64,000 nucleotides of DNA from Longimicrobiales bacterium. Lineage in GTDB: Bacteria > Gemmatimonadota > Gemmatimonadetes > Longimicrobiales > Gaopeijiaceae. The stretch is taken from NCBI GenBank assembly GCA_965226375.1, contig CBDDCX010000007.1, forward strand, positions 96,001 through 160,000, read 5' to 3'. The notes beneath the pieces were generated by a model. The model searched no databases. It was not told the DNA's origin and saw only the letters and a program-made list of their open reading frames with translations. Below are positions 10,588-20,272 of the stretch, one piece after another (within the stretch, counting starts at the first letter, position 1; every line of letters begins with the position of its first letter). Made by a program: the position numbers and the translations under genes.

Positions 10588-10919
10588 ACTCCGGGATCAG
10601 ACTGTAGTCAACATCCGAGAGCGGGCTGGGAGGCGCAAGCAGAACCTCAGGCGCCCGGAATCACGTTCTAATGGCCTTCGGATTGGACCGCACGTCCAAC
10701 ATGATGTGGGACCCGCCGATCTTGAGTTTTGACATTGAACGACATGGGGCCATCGTGGCGGGTGGCTCGGGCTATGCCGAAATCCAGTCGTGAGGTGTCG
10801 ATATGGACAAGGGCGCTGAGCTCAGAACGCGCCTAACGTGCACACCAACGTGCACACATGGCAAAACGGCCTCCCAGACCGAAGCCCGGAAAGCCGCTCT
10901 CTCCCTACACTTCCTCCCA

Positions 10920-10992
10920 CTGGGGCGGGTGGATTCGAACCACCAACCTCCTGGTTAACAGCCAGGCGCTCTGCCGGTTGAGCTACACCCCA
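10920..10992 (-). tRNA. tRNA-Asn (GTT), CCA not encoded
   Basis: TGGGGTGTAGCTCAACCGGCAGAGCGCCTGGCTGTTAACCAGGAGGTTGGTGGTTCGAATCCACCCGCCCCAG folds as a cloverleaf with anticodon loop CTGTTAA and TTCGAAT T-loop. Confidence 0.97.
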
Positions 10993-11058
10993 TTGTAGTC
11001 CGTTCGCCGCGCAGGTAAGCCACGAAAGCACTGTGGTCTCCTGCGCCCCCAACCTCGT

Positions 11059-11082
11059 GGGGTTGGTTTTGGGGTTGGTTTT
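11059..11082. repeat. 12-bp perfect tandem repeat, putative integrase arm-type sites
   Basis: GGGGTTGGTTTT x2 directly at the integrase stop codon; an inverted degenerate pair lies at 11781-11804. Confidence 0.6.
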
Positions 11083-11669
11083 CATCGGGCCTCCCGCAGT
11101 TGCCCGGCGTCCAACACGACCTTCAAGGTAGTCTCGTCGTCGGCCTGGGTGTAGATGTCTTGCACCACGCCCACCGAGGCCCATCCGCCCGCCTTGGCCA
11201 CATCTTGAGCGGGCAGGTGCTTGCGTACGGTTGCCCAGCGCCTTCGATAGGCATGCCATAGGCTGCCATCATGGGGCTCCAACTCCGCGAGCCCTTCGGC
11301 TTCACGTAGCCACCTGTCGCACAGGTGGCGCGAGATGGGCTTGGACGGGTCAACTGGCGACGGGAACAACGGTGCCTCTCCGATGCCAGGCCGCTCACGA
11401 AGCACGCGGTCTACAGCAGCGCGAGCCGGCGGGCTTAGTGGTACGGTATGTTCGCGGCCCTGCTTATCAATAGCTGCCGGCCAAAGAATCGAGCCGTAAG
11501 GGCCCTTGCCCAACCGGAGGTCAGCGTACGTCAGTTGGCAGATTGCGGACAACCGACGACCCGTTTCCACAGCCAGGTCAAACACCTCCGCAAAGTGGCT
11601 GCACACCACACGCGATTCCGCACCGCGTTGCACCATCATTATCAGCTGGGGTCGCGGTTTTGCGGGCAA
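11082..11669 (-). pseudogene. Tyrosine recombinase/integrase, catalytic domain only (5'-truncated)
   Basis: TGRRLSAI (R), DKQG (K), HAYRR (HxxR), AGGW, DIYTQ (Y); no room for arm- or core-binding domains. Confidence 0.85.
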
Positions 11670-12078
11670 AGGGCACCCCGGAAGGCGCCACGCCGGCGAT
11701 AGAGTCCGTTACGGGGCTGACACGCTGAGGCGTGGCCATATGCCGCCCGGTAAACCCGGTTGCGGGGCTGGCCAGCACCCGAAAACAACCCCAGTAGCCA
11801 CCCCACCGCATCGCAAACCCTCGTAGGCCTCGGGTCTTCGTGTTCCGGTTGCCCGCCTAATAGCCAGGCGGTCTGTCAGGGACAGGGCCCTGCCCCCTAC
11901 GAGCGGGGAGCGGATCGCCGTGGGCCAACCGCTCACCCTAGTATGGATTGGACGTGACCCGGTCAGGTACTACGTCAGGAATAGGTCCAGGAAGTGTTGG
12001 CTCGGACATCTCGCAAGCGACAGTCCGGAGCGGCTCGCGATAGAAAGAGAGCATCGGGATCCTTCTCCCACTTCGTGC

Positions 12079-15000
12079 TCAACAACCGGACAACACCGAG
12101 ACTCCCTTGGCTTGCAGCGCGGCCACGTCCACGCAACTCACGCTCGTGGCAAGAAGGTCAACCGTGTCCCCCGCTCCGAGCCCTGGGTTGGCGATCAGAG
12201 CGCTGATGTCGCTAATCGAGTTGGACTGGAGGACGAGGTTCGTCAGGCTCGTGAGCCCGACCAGCGCGCTGATGTCGCTGATCGTATTGTGGTTGAGCCA
12301 GAGGTCTGTCAGGCTCGTGAGCCCGCTCAGCGCGCTAATGTCGCTGATCGAGTTGCCGCTGAGGACGAGGAATGTCAGGCTGGTGAGCCCGCTCAGGGAG
12401 CTGATGTCACTGATCGAGTTGTCGAAGAGGACGAGCCCGATCAGGCTTGTGAGCCCGCTCAGCGCGCTGATGTCAGTGATCGAGTTCTCCTTAAGCTCGA
12501 GGTAGCTCAGGCTCGTGAGCCCACTCAGTGCGCTGATGTCAGTGGTCGAGTTCCCGTCAAGCCAGAGGTCTGTCAGGCTCGTGAGCCCGCTCAGGGCGCT
12601 GATGTCGCTGATGGAGTTGTCGAAGAGGAAGAGTTCCGTGAGGCTCGTGAGCCCACTCAGCGCGCTGATGTCACTGATCGAGTTGCCGTTCAGAAAGAGC
12701 CCCGTCAGGCTCGTGAGCCCGCCCAGTGGGCTGATGTCGATGATCGAGTTCCTGCGGACAGTGAGGGTCGTCAGGCTGGTGAGCCCGCCCAGCGCGCTGA
12801 CATCCGTGATCGAGTTGCGGAAGAGATTCAGATACGTGAGGCTGGTGAGCCAACTCAGCGCACCGATGTCGCTGATCGAGTTGCGGCTGAGATTGAGGGT
12901 CGTCAGGCTCGTTAGCCCGTTAAGTGCGCTGATGTCGCTGATCGAGTTGCCGCGGAGATCGAGGCTCGTCAGGCGCGTCAGCCCCTCCAGCGCGCTGAAG
13001 TCACTGATCGAGTTGAAACGGAGGATGAGTTCCGCCAGGCTCGTGAGATTCTGGATCCCCACCAGGCTCGTGATCCCAAAGGAGCCGGCATCCAGACCCG
13101 TGAGCTCCGATATCCGGCCGCAGGTGAGATCGTCCAGCGTGCCGATCGCGAGCGTCGCCCTAATCGCCGCTTCCAGGTTGGCATCCTCGAACGTCGCGAT
13201 CGCAGAGGCGGGGTGATCGCTGCAGAGGTCGCCGGGCTGAATTTCCGATGACCCTACTACCTCGGGGAGCCTCACAAATACGATCGTCACGATGACCCCC
13301 CGGGTCATCCTCATCCGCAAAAACCACGGTCCATGTGTTGCCGGAGAGAGTGTACTGGAAGTCCTCGTCGTCGCACCCTGGGTCACAGATGAAAAAGCGA
13401 GTGCCCGTGACAAACCACGTGCCGTCGTCGGTGCAGCTAGTCCCGTCGTCGTCGTCGCAAAACAATTGCTGCGTGTCGCCGGTAACGGACTCCAGGAACG
13501 TTCCGTCGCTCATCAAATTGATTGTGAACTGGGTGCTCGTTCCAGCCAGGAGCTCCACCCCATCGACCAAGAGGCTGATTGCTCTCCATGACCCGACCAG
13601 GCTAGGTGCACTAGCCACAAGGGCGGCACTACCCGAGTTGTTGCTCGGATCGTCCTCCTGGTGCTCCAGCACCGCAGCCGTTGCTGTGTTTGTGAGCGTC
13701 TCGCCGGCGAAGCCCTCAGCCACCCTGGCCGTCAGTCTGAGGCGTCTCAGGCTTCCCGGCCCCAGGCTCGGGATCGTCCACTCGCCAGTACTCGGGTTGT
13801 AGCCCAGGTCGGCCGAGACGAACTCGAGACCGTTGGGAAGATGGTCCGTGACTACGATCTGTTCGGCACGGTCGGGCCCGTGGTTCGTGACGGAGATCGT
13901 GAACACGACCTCCTCCGTCTCGCGCACCTCAGCCTGGTCCGCAACCTTGGTGACCTCGATGTCGGCCACCCGTCGGCCAACGTCCACGAGCGCGGAGGCC
14001 CTGTTGTTCGCCGGATCGTCATTCTGCTCGGTCAGCTGCGAGGCCGTAGCCACGTTCTCCAGAATCTGACCTCCGGTCCCCTGACCCACGGTGGCGACGA
14101 TCGTTAGAGTAGCGGACTCGCCAACCGTCAGGGTCCCCACTACCCATGCGCCATCCGCCGCGGTGTGGTCCCCCCGAGTCGGCGTCGCAGTCATGAAATC
14201 CAGGCCAGCAGGCAAAGGATCGGAAACGGTGACGCCGGTCGCCGTCGCCGGACCGGCGTTGGCCACCGTCACGGTGAAGCTCACCTGGTCCCCCTCAAAT
14301 GCCGTCGGCTTGTCCACTGCCTTGCTCACGGAGATGTCGGCTGTCATGGGCATCACCGTGAAGTCCTCACTCGCCGCCGGATTGAGGTCCTGAGCCGTGG
14401 CTAACAGGTGGAACACTCCACCGTTGGGAATCACCAGACCCTCGAAGGTGGCGGGACCCTCCACGGCGTCGACCGTCGTGATCCCGCTGAGCTCAGCCGC
14501 CTGCGGGGCGCCGACTACGCCGGAATCGGCCGCGGCGGCCGCCGCGGCGACCACGGCAGCGGCCCGGTCCTGAAGCTCGAGCGTTACGACACCCGCGTAG
14601 CTCGCTACGCGAGCGCCTCGGGCGTCCAGCACTTCAACGCTGGGGGCAGGATCCAACGGCTCACCGACCTCCACCGTGCTCGGCTGGCTCACGAAGGCCA
14701 GGCCGATGGGTCGGGCTAGAACCACTACGCTGATCTCGTCTGACTGGGCTCCCGCGGTCACGGAGATAAGTGCCGTGCCAGGAAGATGCGCCTGGAGGAA
14801 GCCGCCCTCGGTCACCGTGGCGATGGAGGCGTCCGTAGTCGTCCAGAACAGCGCCGGAGCGCCGGGCTGGCTTATCTGCACCTGAGCTTGCAGCTGAAGG
14901 CCGTCTCCCTCCGTCAGAGGACCGGCATCGACCAGGGTGACAGACGTCACATAGTTGTTGGCGACTGGCCCCTGTACGACCTCTACCTGCTGGACGGGAG

Positions 15001-15403
15001 CCTGACCCGTGAGACTGAACCCGGCAGTGATCCCAGAGTACTCCACCGTCTCGATTCCCTGAGAGACGCTGATGAGTTCCGTGACGAGATAGACCGGAGG
15101 GTCGTCGGGCGGAATCTCGACCTCGCAGTCGACGACCCAGACTTCCAAGGTCGGATCCACATCCGTGACGCACACAGCGATGATGGAATCGTCCGACACC
15201 CGCTTGACGGTCACCCGGATCCGAGTGATGTCTGCGGTCTGCTCGGCTGTTGTCCCCTGGGGAAACACGGTACTCAACGCTACGACCGCACGGCCGGTGG
15301 AGGACTGGTCTACGGGAGACGACCCGTCGGTGCAGGAGGAGAACAGGAAGAGAGAGACGAGCCCACAAAGGGCCAGGAGCCGTCGGTACACCATGGAGAC
15401 CAT
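12079..15403 (-). CDS. Large surface lipoprotein (about 1100 aa): Ig-like domain, two DUF11-like domains, lipocalin-like domain, internalin-type LRR C-terminus; frameshift in C6 run at 13296-13301
   Basis: Lipobox FSSC; WTTTDASIATVTEGG; ADISVSKAVD...FTVTVANAGP and ADIEVTKVAD...VTNHGP; LVGSWR; removing one base joins ...DEDDPG to VIVTIVFVRL and the LRR ORF. Confidence 0.85.
12181..13104 (-). repeat. 14 x 66-bp coding repeats (22-aa LRR)
   Basis: Consensus LTxLxLxxNSISDISALSGLTS. Confidence 0.92.
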
Positions 15404-15426
15404 CGCCGCTGGGGAAGCGGAGACTC

Positions 15427-16334
15427 TGAACAGCGCACCTGATGGTTGACACAATGGTGCCAGCTGATGGTTAACAGATTGGGTTACGTCCTGTGTTTCC
15501 GTGGGTGTCGAAAATGACGAAGAGTTCTTCGTCAAACCACCCGAGGGTAATGGGTCCGAAGTAGACTTGCCACAGAGCGGGACCGATGGGTTCGAGGGCG
15601 ATGAACTCGTTGCCCAGAGCCGAACTGATGTTGATCCAACGCGAGTGCCAGCGGATCCCTCCGTTTGTAGAGACCTTTCGGACCTCGAAGTGCTCAGGGT
15701 ACGCGAGAGGTGGGAGGACGTCGGGGTAGGCTCTAGGGGCAGATTGATAGACTGAGTCGGGAGTCGCATCGTCGAGAGCCTCGTGCGACCGGATGTGATT
15801 GAAGGTATGGCGGAATTCGTCGAAGTGGCGCTGCTGGGCACTGAGGTTGGCCTTCGGCGGCCGAGTGGCTTCCCGCTTGAGGGTTCTATGCATTCGCTCG
15901 TGTCGGCCGTTTTGCTGCGGCTTTCCAGGCTCGATGGTCTTAGGACGGATGCCGAGCCGGATCCACCAAGCGCTCAAGCGTGTGAGCCGAGCGAGGCCGA
16001 TGGAAGCGAAGGGCGTGCCGTTGTCGGAGCGGATGACAGCGGGCAGGCCGAACTCTCGGAAGGCCTTGATGAATACGGGCTTGGCGAGCTCGATCGACGT
16101 GGAATACAACCCCCTACACTCGAGCAGGAAACGGCTGAAGCCGTCCTGGATGGTGAGGGGATAGCAGTAGCGGCCGTTGAGCATCTTGAACTGGCCTTTG
16201 AAGTCGACCGTCCAGACCGCATTGGACTCGTCCATGGGAGTGAGTGGCTTGCCGGGATGGCCCGGCTTGCCGGAACGCCTACGCTTCTTCGTGATCAGGT
16301 CGTGACGCTCGAAAATGCGATCGATCGTCCTGCG
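15427..16334 (-). mobile_element. IS481-family element, variant A, 3' part only (cut by the IS3 element)
   Basis: WTVDFKG, IRSDNGTPF, PQQNGRHERMHRTLK DDE motifs; end TGAACAGCGCACCTGATGG with repeated CTGATGGTTRACA sites; stop at 15471. Confidence 0.92.
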
Positions 16335-16372
16335 GAACCTGTCAACGACAATGGGACACTCTACGGGATTAA

Positions 16373-17380
16373 TTAGAGAGCAATGTCCTGTGTGGTGAGG
16401 GAAGGGATGGGAGGATTGATGAAGACGGCCTCCGGGAGCGGTTTGGGATTCGGCACACCTCTGACGAAGCGTTCGGGATGAGCGGCCCATGCTTCGCGGA
16501 GCACGGATTTCCTGCCGGCAATGACCTGATCGGCGTTCCCGAAGTGGACCTGCTCGGGGGTTAGCATCGAGATGCCGCCATGGCGGTGCTCGGCATTGTA
16601 CCAGCGGAAGAACGATCGACAGAACGTCTTGGCTTGGCCCTGATCCCCGAACCGTCCGGGAAACGAGGGATGGTACTTCAAGGTTTTGAACTGAGCCTCG
16701 GAAAACGGGTTGTCATCCGACACCTGAGGCCGGCTCAACGAGCGGGTCACGCCGAGGTCAGCGAGAAGTTGAGCGGTGCATTGGCTCGTCATTGGAGCTC
16801 CCCGATCCGAGTGCAGGGTCAGGACCCGGGGCTGGACGCCATGCTTCAGGCAGCTCTGCTGGATCAACCGGCCGGCCAGGGCCGAGTTCTCCCGGTCCGC
16901 CACCATCCAGCCCACGACGTAGCGGCTGTAGATGTCCATGATGACGTAGAGGTAGTAATAGCTCCACTTCTTCGGCCCGAGCAGCCGCGTGATATCCCAG
17001 GACCACACCTGGTTCGGCGCCGTGGCCATCAACTCGGGCTTCTTGTACTCGGGATGGGTGCGCTGCGCCCGGCGTTCCTGAACCGGCACCTCGGAGGCCA
17101 GAACACGATACATCGTGCGTTCGCTGCACAGGTAGACCTCTTCGTCGAGCAGCGTGGCCACCACCTCGGCGGGTGAGCGGTCCACGAACCGCTCCGAACA
17201 CAGCGTGTCGAAGACCTCGCCTCGTTCCGTCTCGCTCAATGCCCGGGCGGGCGTCGGGCGGGGCTGCTGTTGCCCGGTTGATGGGCCTCGACGACGGTAC
17301 AACGTCGATCGGGAGACCTCGAGGGCCGCGCACGCCGGTTTTACACCGACGTGCTTAGCCAGCTCATCGGCCGCCTTCAA
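16373..17380 (-). CDS. IS3-family transposase OrfB (DDE)
   Basis: PNQVWSWDIT, DIYSRYVVGW, LHSDRG, DDNPFSEAQFKTLKY; TTG start overlaps the orfA stop (TTGA). Confidence 0.92.
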   Translation of the reverse strand: MKAADELAKHVGVKPACAALEVSRSTLYRRRGPSTGQQQPRPTPARALSETERGEVFDTLCSERFVDRSPAEVVATLLDEEVYLCSERTMYRVLASEVPVQERRAQRTHPEYKKPELMATAPNQVWSWDITRLLGPKKWSYYYLYVIMDIYSRYVVGWMVADRENSALAGRLIQQSCLKHGVQPRVLTLHSDRGAPMTSQCTAQLLADLGVTRSLSRPQVSDDNPFSEAQFKTLKYHPSFPGRFGDQGQAKTFCRSFFRWYNAEHRHGGISMLTPEQVHFGNADQVIAGRKSVLREAWAAHPERFVRGVPNPKPLPEAVFINPPIPSLTTQDIAL

Positions 17381-17826
17381 GAGTTTGTCCCGTCGTCGAG
17401 GCTTATCCCCAGCAGCCCCGCAACTTTTCCCTGCACGTCGATGATCAGGTGTGCCTTCCTGAGCTCATTCCCGAGCCGTGCGTTTCGCCGCTCCAGCTTG
17501 CGTACCTTCTCATCCAGCGGATTTCGCTCCGGCTTGCGGCCGCGTTTCTTCGACAGGGCCTTCAGCGACCCGCTATGCGCCGCCTTGCGCCACGTCGTCA
17601 GGTGCGACGAGTACAGGCCCTCTCGCCGCAGGACTTGACCCACCTCGCCGGGCTCGGTGCACCGGTCCGCTTCTTCGACGATCCGCAGCTTGTACGACGG
17701 ACTGAACCGCCGCCGTAGCGGCCTATCTACTACCTCCGGGTCCGCAGGAGCTGCCGCGCTTCGCTTGGCCTCCCCGGTTCCAGGGGCACTACCATTCTCT
17801 GCCATTCTCTCTCGCAGTCCCAACAT
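17377..17826 (-). CDS. IS3-family transposase OrfA (HTH + coiled coil)
   Basis: RRRFSPSYKLRIVEEAD...LRREGLYSSHLTTWR. Confidence 0.9.
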   Translation of the reverse strand: MLGLRERMAENGSAPGTGEAKRSAAAPADPEVVDRPLRRRFSPSYKLRIVEEADRCTEPGEVGQVLRREGLYSSHLTTWRKAAHSGSLKALSKKRGRKPERNPLDEKVRKLERRNARLGNELRKAHLIIDVQGKVAGLLGISLDDGTNS

Positions 17827-17898
17827 GTTCGTTTTCTCTGCCTTCGCCCTACTCTAATTCTTTGCGTGCTCCGTGTCTCACGTACGTTGGCAGAGAGG

Positions 17899-19115
17899 GA
17901 AGAGTTCTTCGTCAAACCACCCGAGGGTAGTGGGACCGAAGTAGACCTGCCACAGAGCGGGGCCGATGGGTTCGAGCCCGATGAACTCGTTGCCCAGAGC
18001 CGAACTGATGTTGATCCAACGCGAGTGCCAGCGGATGGCTCCGTTTGTAGAGACCTTACGGACCTCGAAGTGCTCAGGGTACTCGATGGGCGGAAGGACG
18101 TCGGGGTAGGCTCTAAGAGCCGATCGGTAGACGGAATGGGGAGTAGCGTCGTCGAGCGCCTCGTGGGGGCGGATGTGATTGAATGTGTGGCGGAAGTCGT
18201 TGAAGTGGCGCTGCTGGGCACTGAGGTTGGCCTTGGGCGGGCGAGTGGCTTCACGCTTGAGGGTCCTGTGCATGCGTTCGTGTCGGCCGTTCTGCTGCGG
18301 CTTACCCGGCTCGATGGTCTCAGGACGGATACCGAGGCGGATCCACCAGGCACTCAGGCGTGTGAGGCGAGCGAGGCCGATGGAAGCGAAGGGCGTACCA
18401 TTGTCGGAGCGGATGACGGCGGGCAGACCGAACTCGCGGAAAGTCCTGATGAACACAGGCTTGGCGAGCTCGATCGACGTGGAATACAGCCCTGTGCACT
18501 CGAGCAGGAACCGGCTGAAGCCGTCCTGGATCGTGAGGGGGTAGCAGTAGCGACCGTTGCGCATCTTGAACTGCCCTTTGAAGTCGACGGTCCAGACCGC
18601 ATTGGGCTCATCCATCGCAGTGAGCGGCTTGCCGGGGTGGCCCGGTTTGCCGGAGCGTCTGCGCTTCTTCGTGATCAGGTCGTGACGCTCGAAGATGCGA
18701 TCGATCGTCCTGCGAGCTGGGGCCGAGCCAAACTTCTCAGCTGTGAGTTTACGGATCTTGCGTGATCCCCATCCGTAGCGCTGACGCAGGTCGACGACGT
18801 GTTCGACGATCGGCTCCTCCACGGGTGTGGGCAGTGATGGGGTCGGCGCGATCGCTCTTGCAGTCCCTCGAATCCCTCTGCGCGGAAGCGATTCCACCAG
18901 GTGTATCCCGCGGTCCTGCTGATACCGTAGCGCCTACAGGACTCGGCGAAACTGAACGTCCGTTGTTGCACTTCGAGGATGAAGCGTACTCTTTGCTCGT
19001 ACATGGTCGACCGGTTCCAGTCCATCGGGCTCTCCTTGTTGCAGAACCCTGGTTGATAGGAACCTGTCAACCATCAGTGTAGGCCATTGTGTAAAGGATC
19101 AGGGTAGGCTGTACC
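17899..19115 (-). mobile_element. IS481-family element, variant B, lacking its 3' end; frameshift near 18825
   Basis: MDWNRSTMYEQRVRFI...CRRYGISR HTH (ATG 19025) plus DDE ORF; terminal GATCAGGGTAGGCTGTACC shared with the copy ending at 51153. Confidence 0.92.
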
Positions 19116-20272
19116 GTCTCAGATCCTAACATGGCCCTCCACAAGGAGGTGCTATGCCATGGTTGGAGACCGATCCCATGAACGAACGTAAGCGATTCAT
19201 TCTCGAGGCCACGGGTGGCCTATTCTCGCACACCGAGCTCTGCCTGCGCCACGGCGTCAGCCGTAAGACCGGCTACAAGTGGATCGAGCGCTACGAATCC
19301 GAAGGACCTGATGGCCTCGGAGATCGCCCGCATCGTGTCCGGGCGCATCCACACACCACTGAGCCACACGTGGTCGAAGCGGCATTGGAGTTCCGCGGAC
19401 AGCGGCGACGTTGGGGTGCCGACAAGATCCGTGCTCGCCTGCTGACTCTACACCCTGACTGGAGCGTTCCCTCTGCCCGCATCCTCCACAAATACTTCCT
19501 CCGTGAGGGACTCGTGAAGAAGCCGCGCAGGAGTCGTAGGCGTCCGCATCCCGGCAGGCCCACAGCTCCCTTCGACGCACCCAACGCCATCTGGTCGGCT
19601 GACTTCAAGGGTCAGTTTAAGACCCTCGACGGTCGCTACTGCTACCCACTCACCGTCCAGGATGGCTTCAGTCGTTATCTACTCGCCTGCCAGGGGCTCG
19701 AGGGCACTACCTACTCTGCTTCCCGTCGCGTCTTTACTCGCCTTTTCCGCAAGTACGGGCTCCCCGCTCGCATCCGCACCGACAACGGCACCCCCTTCGC
19801 TTCCATCGCCCTCGGCCGACTCTCTCGTCTCTCGGTCTGGTGGATCAAGCTCGGTATCCTGCCCGACCTCATCGAGCCGGCTTCACCCCAGCAGAATGGC
19901 CGTCACGAACGCATGCATAAAGACCTCAAGGCCGAAGCCACCATCCCGCCGGCCGGAAACCGCTCCGCCCAGCAGAAACGCTTCAACGCCTTCCTTACCG
20001 ACTTCAACGAGATCCGGCCCCACGAAGCGCTCGCTCAAAAGCCACCTGTCTCTGCTTATCAACCTTCGACCCGGTCCTTTCCCTCGAAGCTGACCACACC
20101 CGACTACCCTGCTCACTTCGAAGTCCGCAAAGTCTCAACGAACGGAGGAATCCGATGGCACTCACGCTGGATCAACGTCTCTCACCTGCTCGGCGGAGAT
20201 TACATCGGCCTCGAAGAGATCGACCACGACGTCTGGGCCGTCTACTTTGGCCCTGTCTCTCTCGGTTGGATG
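19116..20272 (+). mobile_element. IS481-family element, variant C (transposase from 19154), 3'-truncated by the group II intron
   Basis: AAGGAGG RBS; MPWLETDPMNERKRFI, WSADFKG, IRTDNGTPF, QNGRHERMH; similarity ends at LGWM. Confidence 0.92.

Larger units (their letters stand above)
6971..10961. mobile_element. 3.9-kb genomic island integrated in tRNA-Asn, with no integrase inside
   Basis: Direct repeat of the tRNA 3' half at both ends; 12-bp-period TGCACA repeats inside each end (7150-7173, 10835-10858). Confidence 0.75.
16335..17898 (-). mobile_element. IS3-family insertion sequence, apparently complete
   Basis: orfA + orfB; imperfect IRs TGTCAACGACAATGGGACAC (16340) and TGCCAACGTACGTGAGACAC (reverse strand from 17892). 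Confidence 0.92.

Noticed and set aside
11920..13216. Repetitive plus-strand ORFs (QAREPAQRADV..., MSLIEL...) and a possible CRISPR-like array
   Set aside because: Antisense shadows of the 66-bp LRR coding repeats; no repeat-spacer structure and no cas genes
15468..15477. TGGTTAACAG shared between the IS481 end and the tRNA att core
   Set aside because: A 10-mer that is part of the IS subterminal repeat; no further similarity
15404..15841. N-terminal extension of the 893-aa ORF
   Set aside because: Alternate frame of IS481 sequence; the real gene starts at the lipoprotein signal (15403/15394)
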